Below are positions 26,773 to 39,265 of a stretch of DNA of 64,000 nucleotides, piece after piece. Source of the DNA: Hemiscyllium ocellatum (lineage: Eukaryota). Every line of letters begins with the position of its first letter. The stretch's first letter is position 1. Position numbers and translations under genes: made by a program. The stretch is taken from the NCBI RefSeq assembly GCF_020745735.1, contig NC_083446.1, positions 3,286,001-3,350,000 of the forward strand, in the 5' to 3' direction. The notes beneath the pieces are model-generated. The model was not told the origin of the DNA and ran no database searches. It saw only the letters and a list, made by a program, of their open reading frames with translations.

Positions 26773-28630
26773 GCTTTTATTCATTAGAGTTCAAAAGGAT
26801 GAGGGATGATCTTTTGAAACATGCAAGATTTTAAGGAGCCTTGACAAGGTAGATGCTGAGAAGATGTTTCCACTGGTATGAAAGAGAAGTTGCAGACTGG
26901 GAATGATCAGCCACAATCACGTTCAATGATTGGGCAGGTTTCAGAGGTGAAATGGCCTATGTCTGCTCCCGTTTCTCACGTTTTCACATTCTTATGTTCT
27001 CGTCCTGGCATACCAATATCTGGAGAGAAATGTATATATACTAAAATAGATTAAATAGTCCTTTGTGGCATAGTTCTGTGTATAAATTGGTTGCCACTTT
27101 TCCTAAATTACAAGAGAGAATACATTTCAAGATAATTTATTTGGCCGTATGGCACTTTTGCATCTACTGAGATAGAAAAGGCGCGATAAAAATGTAAGGT
27201 CTGTCTCATCATGCAATGATTTTTCCTCAATTTATGAAGTAACTTGAATTCTGATTTTGATACCTAGAATATATAAGATGATGCAAGATCTGATGGCATA
27301 TCAAATCATTGTAGTAATAGGTTGTTTTGATTTTGTTGTCATCTCAATTTGTCATCTGTTCATGATACCTCTTATTTTGTATTTTTCTTCCCAAAGCTAC
27401 ACTCAGTTTGATTGCCAGAGAACTTTTCTACAGAGATAATTTGTGAAAGGATGATTTATTTTTGGCTGAATAGGAGTCTCATGACTGGGTTGAGATATAT
27501 CATTTCTCACGTGGGAAGTTGACTCATGGGCCAGATTTTCTGTTCATTCATAGTCACTTTTTGGAGGAGGCCAGACATTGCCATACCAGTAATGAGTCAA
27601 AATAATCTGTTAAATTGTCCCTCATCTGTTCCCTGCAATAAGAGTATCCTTTCTGATGGATTTGGAACAGATCTTCTGTGCTCCCAGTCAGAGCATGGTT
27701 TATGATGAAAGGTGGTTTTAGATGAAAGGCTGAACATTTTTAAAAATGATGTTAGGCCTCACTGGGTAATGTGCTGGAAATCAAGCCCTGCTATTCCCAG
27801 AGTTGTCACAAACATGAAAGATTTTATAAACATACACAAAATTCCTTACTTGTCCTATTGAACAATAAAGCATGAACCAGGTTTCTGTACTTAACAAGAT
27901 TGACTATAAAATTGTTTCTAGCTACAGGTAAATAATTTATATATCGTTGATATATAATGTCATTAGTTAAAATGCTAACCCTTTTATAGACTCTACCTAC
28001 ACATACATATAGACAGACAGGAAAAGAAATATAGATGTGGTTGGCAGCACGAAAGACTGAGAACTTCACAGTGTACACTGAGATGATCCTTTTGGCTTGT
28101 TAGCTCTTGCTGCTCCTTGATTCTTCTCCAGACACATTCTCCTGCTTGTAGAATGTACTGGTAATTGGTTGATATTTACAAAGTCTGGTTTAGTGGTTAA
28201 AAGCCACAGTTTACAGCAACTGCTGAGGAAAAAATAAACTGACTTTCTTCAGACTGGAGGTGATTAAGAGGGAGTTGCTGCCTTTGTGAAGATCCAGTAG
28301 CTTCTCTCAAACATTCATACCTCTAAGCCTGGAGGGCTTACCTTACCTTTATCTACTTGGAGGCCAATCACATAATTGTTGGTGAACAGAAGGCTGTTAT
28401 TATTGATAACTGGTCAGTAGAACTTAGACTAATCAGCCATTTGTTGCTGGACAAAGCTCATTTGTACACATTTCTTTGCTGCAGCTTGTTTGCAATACAA
28501 TTTCCCCCAACCCCACCACCCCAGCTTGAACCTGAGCAAAGAGCAGTGTAATCAGCATTGACAAGAGTGCCAGGTTATTTTCATTTTTAAAAGTGCAGTA
28601 ATCCTTCAATAACCCTTGGTTTTTAGAATA

Positions 28631-29002
28631 ATAGAATCCAGACAGTGTGAAAGGAGGTCATTCAGAGTAGGACTTGGGGGGGGTACAGTGAGAGAGGGAC
28701 TCACTGAGATCTTTGTTGAGTGTGTTGCTGGAAAAGCACAGCAGGTCAGGCAGCATCATTGAGTTTGTACTGACCCTCAGAAGAGCATGCCACCCAAACC
28801 CAGCCTTCTACCCAACCTGCAAATCCCTGGTCATTACGGAGAAAGTAGCATTGCCAATCCACCTAATCTGCACATAATTGCACTTTGGGAAGAAACTGGA
28901 ACACCCAGTAGAAACTCACGCAGTGAGCTGAGGGAGGAATCGAGCCTGGGTTACTTGTGCTGTGAGGCAGCAGTGCTAACCACTGAGCCACTGTGCCACT
29001 CC
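28631..29002 (-). mobile_element. HE1/V-SINE, diverged, containing a PLE tail fragment (28719-28757)
   Basis: Head CTGTGAGGCAGCAGTGCTAACCACTGAGCCA on the plus strand; inserted GTGTGTTGCTGGAAAAGCACAGCAGGTCAGGCAGCATC. Confidence 0.75.
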
Positions 29003-29073
29003 TAAACTGTTTTAAAACCATTTTCTTTCCCATTTCAGTCCACAGTCAAAATTACAGAAAAATTAACAAGACA

Positions 29074-29420
29074 GGGAAAGCACAGTGGCTCAGTGGTTAG
29101 CACTGCTGCCTCACAGCCCTAGGGATCTGGGTACAATTCCAGCTTCAGGTGACTATCTGTGTGAAGTTTGCACATTCTCACCATGTCTGCGTGAGTATCC
29201 TCTGGGTGCTCCGGTTTCCTCCCGCAGTCCTAAGATATACAGGTTAGGTCAATTGGCCATGCTAAATAGTCCACAGTGATCAGGGATGTGTAGATTAGCT
29301 GCATCAGTCAGGGGAAATGTAGAATAATAGGGTTGGGGAATGGGACTGGGTGGGATACTTTTCAGAGGGTTGGTGTGGACCTGTTGGGCCAAATGGCCTA
29401 TTCCCACACAGTAGGGATCC
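29074..29420 (+). mobile_element. HE1/V-SINE, full length
   Basis: A box TGGCTCAGTGG, GCACTGCTGCCTCACAG, V-domain and CR1-like tail. Confidence 0.9.
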
Positions 29421-30645
29421 TAGGTGAGGTAATGAACAGTTAGGAAATGAAGTCCTGGCAGTGAGTGAATTGCTAGAGGAGCATCCTTTGGGGGCCAGGA
29501 GGTGGAGTGCCAAGCGCAGGAGGGGCTGGGAGCTGAGGGCTGGGAATCAGGGGCTTCCTTGTCAAGCTGGGAGGGGAAGCCGGCAGTCTCCCAAGAGGGG
29601 GGAGCTTGAGGAGAAGTAAGGCATTGCAAGAAAGGTGGGGGAGACGGGGAGTCTGCAAAGAGTTAGAGAAACGGGGGACTGCAAGATGTTCGCAGGATTT
29701 CTGTCCAGATTCTAGCTGAGGTTCCTAATTTGTTATGAAGTCAGCAGGAATACCTCAAGTTGTTAAGTTCCTGGTTGAGGAGGAATGAGCTGCCTTCCAT
29801 TCTTTATTCACCTGCCCCTTTGTTTGGTTGCAGCTAGATTGATTTAAAAGCAGATTCCTTCACTTGTGGATACCTTTTTCCAAGACTCAAATGAGCTTAA
29901 ATTTTTAAAACGGCTAATTCAGCCAAGCTTTCTTGATATACCAAAGAGTCTGTTTATTAATTGCTAATCTTAAGATTCATAATACAACAGACTTACATAC
30001 AGAATGGAAATAAGAAATAAGCTACACAGGATGATTTGGGAATAATTGTTGACTGTGACCTTCATAGCACAGGACAATATAGATGATTATCTTAGCCTGC
30101 TGGAACATGAGAATGTTCAGTTCCAATAGCACACTTCAGTAGAGTTGAAATTGGCTTTTTAATACCTGCCCTTATGTATTTTTCAAAGCGAGAAACACAA
30201 AATATTTCTGTGTTTCTGTGCAGGGACATACTGTGCACAAGGTAGCTTGCTGTCGCAGAGGGATGTAATCAAACACTTGTTACCTTTGTCATCACAAGAG
30301 ATCACAGTTCAGTTTGTTTTGACATAAATCTCCCCCCTTTAGGCTTGTTGTTTGAAGTTTCCTTAGCATCTTTAGGTCTGACATTCATGGGTCATTCTCT
30401 CCTGACAGCTACTTAATTAACCTCCGCAGCCACTTTTGGCTGCATCGGTCCTCATTTAAAAAAACACATTTTGAAATTACAAATTAAAAATGAGCATAGT
30501 TTTTGAGGATATGATCATGATACAGAAGAGAGGGGGAGCTGCATGGTAGAGGGAAGAGTAGGAGGCTGCAAGGATTTGTGAGAGAGAGCAGCCACAACCA
30601 GTGGGGGAGAAAGAATGAGCCTGCAAGGGTGATGAGAATGAGTGT

Positions 30646-30665
30646 GAGAGAGAGAGAGAGAGAGA
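30646..30665. repeat. (GA)n microsatellite in a purine-rich tract (30520-30710)
   Basis: About 10 GA units are directly visible. Confidence 0.9.
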
Positions 30666-32971
30666 AAATGGCAGAAGGTGAGAAGGAGGCTTCAAAGAAG
30701 AGAGAACAGTTTAAAACCTGTGAACAAATAAACATTGAGCTAACTATTACTTAGTAAAACCTGATATCACTGAGGCAATGAAATACTTGTAAATAAATGT
30801 GGAATCTCCATCTTAAGGCTGCAAATGTTCAGAAGCTACTCAATGGGAAAAACATAGTGGACATTATTGTTATCAATGCTGTTTGTCATAGGTTAATTTA
30901 AATCTTTGATTGATATCTGAGATTTGGCAAAAAGGGTTAAAAAATTCCAGCTCTGTGAATATGTGATTAGCTATGACCGCACCAATCTGATCGGTGTATT
31001 TAAGGTGGTGGTTATTTTAGAAAAGCTTCTTGTTCCTAACTTACACTTATTGTCTGTGCCAGTTTAAATATTATGATAGCCAGAAACTTAATCTTTCCTT
31101 GTATGTTTTGGCTTCATGTTTAATGGATGTTTTATAATTATTGAGGCTATTTATGAGTTCTGCTAATTCTGCATCTGTGTGCGTCCAAATACCTGACACC
31201 AACACAAATCAAGAAAATAATGTTACCATGAACATGATTTTTCTCTCTCTGATGCAAAAGGTCAAAAATATGAAGAGAATGAAAAAATCAGAATTTTGAT
31301 GTTAAAAAAAACTTTGGTGGTTTTCCCTTCAACCCTTTAAAAATGATTTGATAATCTCATAATTCAGCATGTTACTTCCATTGCATTTGCATTTTATTAA
31401 AGCCGCAGCTCACCTTATTTGTAAACCATTTCCAGTGCTCCTGTTTTTTTCCCTGAGGAACGAAATGGTGCAAATTCCCAGCTTGTAAATCAAAGTGGGT
31501 ACCTCGCAGCTGTAGCTTGCGGAATGCTTATCTCAACTATCATGTAAATGCTCATAACATTGTTCTTGCATGCTCCATGACCATCATTCTACTCAACCCT
31601 TCAATCAGTCTCACCACACCATCATGCCTGTTCTTAGACCAATATGGAACCACTTCAACTCTTTGACACTCAACTTTGGGTCTCAGGGACAACTAGAATT
31701 TGCAAGCTTCTGCCAGGCTGCACTGTGTGCAGGAACACACACTTACTTCATGCACCTATACAGGATCCGTCTCAGGGTTCTTAGCTTGTTTCTTTCATGC
31801 TCACTCACTTTGTACTTACTTGGTGGCCGTGACTCTGTTAAACTTCACATTGCTTTCTTAGCACACACTCACAGCTTCAATCCTGACTTACAGCTGACAG
31901 CCTCTGTATGGCTTAAATTACTTTCTGAGCATACAGGGTATTTAGTGCTCAGTTACATGTAGCAGGTTCTCTAGCTTGCATTGCATCTGAGCACAGATGG
32001 AAGTATCATTAGTAGTGGAAGGATAAGATGGGTGAGAGCTGTTGAGTGGACATGATACATGGAAGACTGAAAGTTGAAACTTTGAGCCATACTCTCCGGG
32101 AATGACATTAGAAAACATTTCTGCACATGAATGGTTGAAGGATTTTGGAACGACTTTTGCAAATGGCTAGATTAATTCATTTTATGTGGAATTGATAGCA
32201 ATTAGAGCACATGGGGCAAAGATGGGTGTAAGGAGTTAGATTGCTTATCAACCACGATCTATTGAATATCAGAACAGTGTCAAGGCGCTATGGTCCTAGT
32301 CTTTAAGAACATATTCCCCCAAATAAGTGATAGTTCACAAATGAATCCAGGCTCATATTTTCAATATGACTAAGCAGTTTAATTAAAATAGCTTGAGGAA
32401 TATATGGGTATATGATTAAGCAATTATTAAGTTGAGTCTGCATTGTCAGGACTCCGGTCGATATTAGTCAACTGGCAGTATGCTACACTCTGGTTTTTGA
32501 TTGTCAGAATTAAACTGGCAGCATGCTGCTACTGTATCCTGCTGCTGTTTTAGAGGGAAACAAATTGTAAGTGCAAGTGGACAATTGGAAAGGACTTAAA
32601 AACAAAAGTTTCCAAGCCCTGATTGCTTCATTCATTCCTGAAGCTAATCTGAAGAATATTATCTTTAAGGAACAGTAATGATTGTTAAAAATTGGGATGA
32701 TGAATGTCACAATATAGTTGTCAGTTTTCTTTTATCTTTACACAAAGAATGTTCCCTTTTGAGCTTTTGCTTTTTACTGTAGGGGATAGGGAAATTAAAG
32801 TTTTCCCTATCTCACTGGATACCTTCCTTAGAACACCTCACTTACAGAAGTCATAAGGATGGGTAGAGTGACAAACAGGACTGTCAAACTATTTCTGCAA
32901 TCATGGTTCAGAATTTGTGATTAAGCAGTCTTATTATATATCACTCTCAACATTTTGCATTTATAGCCACA

Positions 32972-33394
32972 GAGAAAGTGAGGCCTGCAGATGTTGGAGA
33001 GTCAGAGTTGAAAAGTGTGGCGCTGGAAAAGCACAGCAGGTCAGGCAGCATCCGAGGAGCAGGAGAGTTAATATTTTGGGCATAAGCCCTTCATCAGGTT
33101 TGACCCCTCCTGCACACCGCCCTCTTGAACCCTATCTGTCCATCTTGCTTCCCACATATCTGCTCTACCATTCCTCTGACCTATCACTATCATCCCCATC
33201 TGCATCTACCTATCACCTTGCCAGCTACCTTGCCCCCCCCACCTCCACCCCGACCCTCCTACTTACCCCTCAGCCCCCTTCCCCCTGTCCCCCACATTCC
33301 TGATGAAGGGGTAATGCCCAAAATGTTGACTCTCTTGCTCCTTGGATGCTGCCTGACCTACTGTGCCTTTTCAGTGCCTTACTTTTTGACTTCA
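32972..33394. mobile_element. PLE family A inversion/fold-back insertion, two decayed hammerheads
   Basis: Minus arm 32972-33098 ends at TCATCAGG; the plus arm carries CTGATGA near 33300. Flanks ATTTTGCATTTATA (32952-32965) and ATTTTGCATTCATA (33395-33408). Confidence 0.85.
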
Positions 33395-34629
33395 ATTTTG
33401 CATTCATAAAGCACTTTTATGAAGAGTGTCCCAAGATGCATAGCAAATAGCCAAAATATTGAGCCAGAAGTGGCGATATTAGGAATGTTAACTAAACTCT
33501 TGGTTAGAGGTGTGTTAAAAGGGTGTGCAAGGACATGAGGTATGGAAGTGCAAGGGTGGGCAAAATCCTGTTGAAGAAGCGTCCATGAGTTGGCTGCAGT
33601 GCATCTCATTGGTGGCACACCAGTCCACAGGATGTGACTATGGCAAGGAAAGCTAACATTTATAGCCCATTCCTTGCGAAGATGATAATCAGCTACTTTC
33701 TTGAACCTCCGTCATTCATGAGATAGAATTGCATTCTGTGTGCTATGAGCTGGTGAGTTCCCTTTGATGGTGCCTTCCAAACCTACATTCTCTACCACTG
33801 CGACAAGGGCAGAAGATGCATGGAAACACAATCCCCCTGTAAAACCTTCTCCGAGCCACACACCATCCTGATTTAGAAATATATTACTGTTCCTTTGCTG
33901 CCAACAGGTCAAAATTCTGAAACTCCCTCCCAAACTGTGGATGTATATTCAGTTATTCAGGAAGCAGCTCACGACCACCTTCTCCAGGGCAATTAGGGAT
34001 GGGCAATTAATGCTGGTCAAGCCAGTGATGTCCACCTCTCTTGAATGAATAACAAATTGAATAGACTTTTCTGCATGGTTTGGTACAATTGTGTGCCTCA
34101 TTTGGTCATTTCAGAGGACAATTAAGAATCAAATTCATTGCTTGGCCAGACTAAATAAGGGTGGCAGATTTTGACCCCTAAAGGACATTAGTGAATCAGA
34201 TTTTTTTAAAATGACAACTCAGTGTTTCAAGTTATCGTTACTGATGCTAACTTTTCATTCTAGATTTATTTATTTAACTACTGAATTTGAGTGCCACAGT
34301 TGCTGTTGTGGGATTTTGTGAGACCTGCTCTTTCAGCCAGATATCTGGACTGCTAGTTCAGTAAAAAAAAAATACATTATCATAATTATGATGGAATCAT
34401 TTACAATTCCAGCTAGCAAGAGAACCAGGAAGGAAAGTTAGGTGGTCAGCAATTCACTCGGAATAAGGTCAAGGATTTAGGAGTTGCTTTGATGAGGTGA
34501 GACTGGCAACGACATGGGGGGAGATGAAGGAGAAACTGAAACAGAAGTGGGTTCAATGTTTGGTATTTGACTTCATTATTTTTATTTAAATATACCATCT
34601 GATCAAATAATCATTGGTGCATTTGTTTA

Positions 34630-34764
34630 ATAAAACAAAAATTGCAGATGCTGGAGATCTGAAATGAAAAACACATTGCTGGAGAAACTCAGCAGGTTTG
34701 GCAGTATCTGTGAAAAGAGAAAACAGAATTAACATTTTGACTCCAGTGATCCTTCTTCAGAACT
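34630..34764 (-). mobile_element. Old PLE family D short element
   Basis: Minus strand AGTT-CTGAAGA-AGGATCACTGGAGTC-aAAAtGTT-AATT plus the tail CTCCAGCATCTGCA. Confidence 0.7.
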
Positions 34765-35006
34765 CCCTCAGCTCCATGTATTTAAATGGGTTTGAAATTG
34801 ACTCACTCTTTGATTACAATTCTTGGCCTAAGAACATGATTTTTTCCTTTCCTGGAGGTGGTGACAGGGGGAAATAATTGTAGTGGTTAGTGCTGGAGAA
34901 AAACTTACATCTTCTCAGAACTTCAGTAATGAAGCTTTGCACAAGAAGTCCATAGGCAGCCTTCTTGACTTACCAGCAACTAAAGTCTTGAAGTGATCAA
35001 TTATTG

Positions 35007-35204
35007 AGGAGAAAATGAGGACTGCAGATGCTGGAGATCAGAGCTGAAAATGTGTTGCTGGAAAAGCGCAGCAGGTCAGGCAGCATCCAAGGAACAGGAG
35101 ATTCGACGTTTCGGGCATAAGCCTGATTCCTGAAGAAGGGCTTATGCCCGAAACGTCGAATCTCCTGTTCCTTGGATGCTGCCTGACCTGCTGCGCTTTT
35201 CCAG
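35007..35204. mobile_element. Young PLE family A fold-back insertion with 15-bp TSD
   Basis: AGTGATCAATTATTG at 34992-35006 and 35203-35217. Perfect 66-bp inverted repeat (35058-35123 / 35139-35204) with a 15-nt spacer. Confidence 0.92.
35125..35162 (+). ncRNA. Minimal type I hammerhead ribozyme motif (intact)
   Basis: GATTC-CTGAAGA-A-GGGC-TTAT-GCCC-GAAAC-GTC-GAATC. 5-bp stem I; predicted cleavage after 35157. Confidence 0.8.
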
Positions 35205-35852
35205 TGATCAATTATTGGCCAGTTAAGGACTTTAACACACCAACTTGCTGATCACTTGCTTTTCTGCAGGTGAGAAAAGTAGCTAGTTTTCTGAATGAAA
35301 AACCATGATAACCTGCCCTACTGGATTGGAAAGGAGCTTCATTTGCCCCAGAATGGGAGCAGTTGGAGACATGGTGGGCAAGGAAATTGCTAATGAAAAT
35401 CACCACCCTGCCCTTGCTTCCGATTCATTCCCACCCCCCTCCCAAAACCACCTTTCCTCTTGCTGGGACCAACATCCTGTGAGACAAAGGAAAGAAAGAA
35501 ATACTTCCTTACCGCTGGTTCCCCAGAGGAATAGCCTTTCACTGGCAGGCTTTAGGATCCAACTGCTGGACTGGTTGGCTGGAAGCTTCAGACAACCCAG
35601 ATGACCAGTGCTGTGAACTGTGATAGATTGCCTTTACTTGCCTCTCAGCTATTAATGGGCTGTTTGGTGGTTGATGAGATGAGTTATCCTAGTGGTGGGG
35701 ACAATGTGTCAGTCGACACCTAATATGCTCATACCCCACACTTAGAATAAAAATGGGATAATCCTCTGGGTTTTTCAAACCTTTGACAACTCTGGGCTGA
35801 GATACATTGTTGGGTTGGTGGAGATGCGATGTAGTTCTCAGGGAAAGAGATT

Positions 35853-37838
35853 GGGCTGAATGTTACATTTGTTTTGGCTAAGCCCAAATTGTGTTGAGTG
35901 TTTTGTAGAGTTTTGTGCTGTTAGGCCTAGTAAGTACTCTCATGGTGTTGTACCGAAGTTGTTCCATTAAGTTCCTAACCCATCACTATGGAGTCCCCAC
36001 ATTTGATTCCAGCCACATCCCATCGCCACTCACCTGATATCCTGGAATTCACTAGCATTCCTTGCCTCTGCAATATCCTTGAAAGTCTTTTCTGTATCCT
36101 GACAAGTACTGTCAGTTCAGAGCTGTCCCATACAGTTCCTGACAATTGCCTTGGACATGGCAAACTGGGAAATAAGTGCCTCGCTTTGCAAGTAGGGTCC
36201 TGGAAATCCTTTCGGATGGAGAGATGCAAAGGGTGGGATTTCCGGTTCTTCCAGGACCAGCAGTGGAGGCCACAACACTAAACCGCGCCAACTTGCTCTA
36301 AGGTCACCACCTAGTTTGAAGCAGTCTCAGCTGTCAGGAGGAATCATAGCCCTCTAGGAAGTAGGTCATGCCCTTCTCCACTCCACCAGCATAAGTGCCA
36401 GCGTTTGTGTCCTGTATTTCATATTTCCTCTATCTCTACTACCTCACCCACCTCTTGTCAACTCCAATGCCGTACTATTCTCAATATTGCCTTCATCATC
36501 TTCCTGCACTGGCTGTCACCCATCCCAGCCCCTGACACCAATAACACCATTCCCACTGTGCTATATACTCATTTTCTTGGGACACCTTCCCACCTGAAAC
36601 AAAAATAGCAGCTGTGCCACCCATTTTCATCTCCTTAATACCTGTCTCTCATAGCAGGAAGAGTTCAGCCCACTGTAGAGTGGGAAGTTTCAAGAAGGGT
36701 GCTTGGCTTCCTAACTTTTCACTTCTCACCACCTCTGTGGCGAGGATCTCAATTGCCCTGAATAGGCCCTGGATTGGTATTGGATGCAGCTCTGGACTTA
36801 CTGTGCCAGGATCCCCTGAGCAAAGGATGTTCCCCTTGGCTTGACTAGGCGTGCTGACATACCACTGTGACAAACATCCTGGTTTTGTGTCTGTGCTAAA
36901 CAGTAAGGCAAGGCAGAACTAATATGAGCCCTGTATCTCTGACTGAGGGGGCAGAATCTAGGCAATACAAAGCAGGAATGCTATGAGCATCCAATTATAT
37001 TCAGAGTAAGTGAGCACTTTGACAGTGAGTAAAAGAACTTGGAGGTGCAGCCTGGTCCAGTCAATGAGCTGGATGTGTGTTTCGAAGTGAAATGTCTCTT
37101 TGCTGCAGCTTTTGTTGAAAATGCTGGTGTAACCTGAACTGCAGAAATGAAGACAGAAGCATCCTGTAAGTGGATTGGAGATGTGCCATGAGAGTTCTTA
37201 GAAGCTGGCCCATACAGGTCGTTCTGTTATAATGCACATATTATCAATGTGAATTCGCTGTAACATGACTAATGAACTGGGATGCTGTTTCTGCAGCGTG
37301 AACTTTTAAAACGTTTTTTTTGGCTGTAACATGATTACAGCACCAACACTTTAAGTTCTGTTTCTAAAGCACGATTTTTCTATAACACGGGGTGCGAAAC
37401 CATTGCGTTATAGAAGAACTAACTATCAGATATCAATGTCCATGGGCACGAGGTGCATGTGGCTGGTGGCAGTGGAATGTGTCCTGTAATGTCAGTGCTC
37501 AGTGACCAACATGGAGGTTGTTCAGAGAAAGTGGCAAGCTGAATCCACCAGATACATGCTCATTTTCCTATTGGAATTTTCCTAACATCTCGCTTGTTTG
37601 GCAAGTTTGGTAAAATAGAGAATGGAATATTAATGAGATAAGTTGGGCCATCAAAAAGGTGTTTAACAAGCAATTATCCTCCTTTGCTACTGCTTGGTGA
37701 GAAACCCACCATGCTGCCTGTGAAAAGCATAAAAGCAAGGTGCTTCAGTGTCAACATTGGCTTCGCCTGACTCTTATCCAGTTCTGCCACACATCTTGCT
37801 GTGACTGAAATTGCTTAGACCCTTATAAGATACTGCTC
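35853..37838. mobile_element. Possible PIF/Harbinger-like non-autonomous DNA transposon
   Basis: Weak TIRs GGGCTGAATGTTA / TAAGATACTGCTC (9/13). Similar termini occur at 39758 and 55639. Confidence 0.3.
37215..37425. mobile_element. Tc1/mariner-Tigger-like MITE
   Basis: TA-CAGGTCGTTCTGTTATAATGCA and TGCGTTATAGAAGAACTAACTA form an imperfect TIR (16/22). Confidence 0.55.
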
Positions 37839-38955
37839 ATGGATTTTATATCAAACCTGCTCCATACTCAGCCAGCTAGGACTGAAAAATATTTTTTAAC
37901 ACCTGCTCACCTTAACCAGAATAAAGATCAAAGGAAATTGTAAAAAAATGTTCTGTGTGAATAATTCAGTCGGTATTAATCATTAAAATGAAAAAAAAAT
38001 GTTTGACAGAGTGGCAGTGTATTCTTTACAACATCTGTTTGAAACGTTTTGTGTTGACTCAGTTTGACTTTTGCTGGTTCAGAAGCAGTCACTGAATTCC
38101 CTCAGTTGTATTGATTTCAAAATGATCCATTTGTTCTTCAGTTCAAAATGTCCAGATGGGGGAGAAGTACTACATGCATGGGGACAGAAATGTATTCATG
38201 TCACAGTGTTTCAGATAGTAGGAGGACAGATGCCTGTGGTGATGTATCGGGTGAAATGCAAAGTTGAAGGTCAGATTTGGTGCCTATAGGTGCAGAAGTA
38301 AAAGGATAATTTTATGTCTTTATTTTTAAGTTGTGTTCTTTTAAAGAAAAACAAGCAACAGAACATTGCAAAGATTGACAATCCCCTTCAGGTGAAACTG
38401 TAGTCCCCTCACTGAATTTACTCTTGAACACTTAAAAGGTTTTGAAAGCAGAGGAATTTCTGCAGCTACTCTCTTTAGGTTTTGCCCACTTGGGGGTGGT
38501 ACATACTGTAAGGTTACCTGATTACCAGCAAGAGGTCAGGTTTTTGCTGTTGCTTGCATGTTCACCTGGCTGTAAATATGATTAATTCGCCCATCAGGAG
38601 CCACCAGCTGAGGCCTGTTAAGGATAGTTGGCTCTTGTAGTTTATATATTATTCCATTATTAACTTTTCAGCAAGGTACAAGTGGTGTGATAGCATTTGA
38701 GGTTTACGGAAAGATATTAGTTTCTTGCGTCAGTGCTGCAGCTTTGGCAGTCACAGAGGTTTGCCCTAGAGTTTTCAACTGAAGATTAATCACCTGCACA
38801 TTATAACTCAAGAGAAAAATCATTGGTGTATTTATAAACAATGTCTTCCATTTTTTGCCTTTTATCATTTTTGTTTATTCATTATATAAAAAAGAATGTT
38901 AGTGATAGAGGATTAAAAGGCTATTTGACAGAGTGAAACAAAATGATGAGAGATT

Positions 38956-39265
38956 GGGCGGCACGGTGGTACAGTGGTTAGCACTGCTGCCTCACAGCGC
39001 CTGAGAACCGGGTTCAATTCCCGACTCAGGCGACTGGCTGTGTGGAGTTTGCACATTCTCCCCGTGTCAGCGTGGGTTTCCTCCGGGTGCTCCGGTTTCC
39101 TCCCACAGTCCAAAGATGTGCGGGTCAGGTGAATTGGCCATGCTAAATTGCCCATAGTGTTAGGTAAGGGGTAAATGTAGGGGTATGGGTGGGTTTCGCT
39201 TCAGCGGGTCGGTGTGGACTTGTTGGGCCGAAGGGCCTGTTTCCACACTGTAAATCTAATCTAAT
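38956..39265 (+). mobile_element. HE1/V-SINE, full length, young
   Basis: A box TGGTACAGTGG at 38967-38977, B box GGTTCAATTCC at 39011-39021, V-domain, (AATCT)n tail, CpGs retained. Confidence 0.95.

Larger units (their letters stand above)
25420..27000 (+). mobile_element. Old CR1 3' end split by PLE and young CR1 insertions
   Basis: LNRLGFY (to 25560) continues as SLEFKRMRDDL..LDKVDAEKMFPL from 26781. Confidence 0.75.

Noticed and set aside
26272-26784. Apparent novel N-terminus fused to an RT
   Set aside because: Chance in-frame junction of a truncated CR1 with antisense PLE and flank sequence.
38956-39030. tRNA gene
   Set aside because: The A and B boxes belong to an HE1 SINE head that continues into the V-domain and LINE tail.
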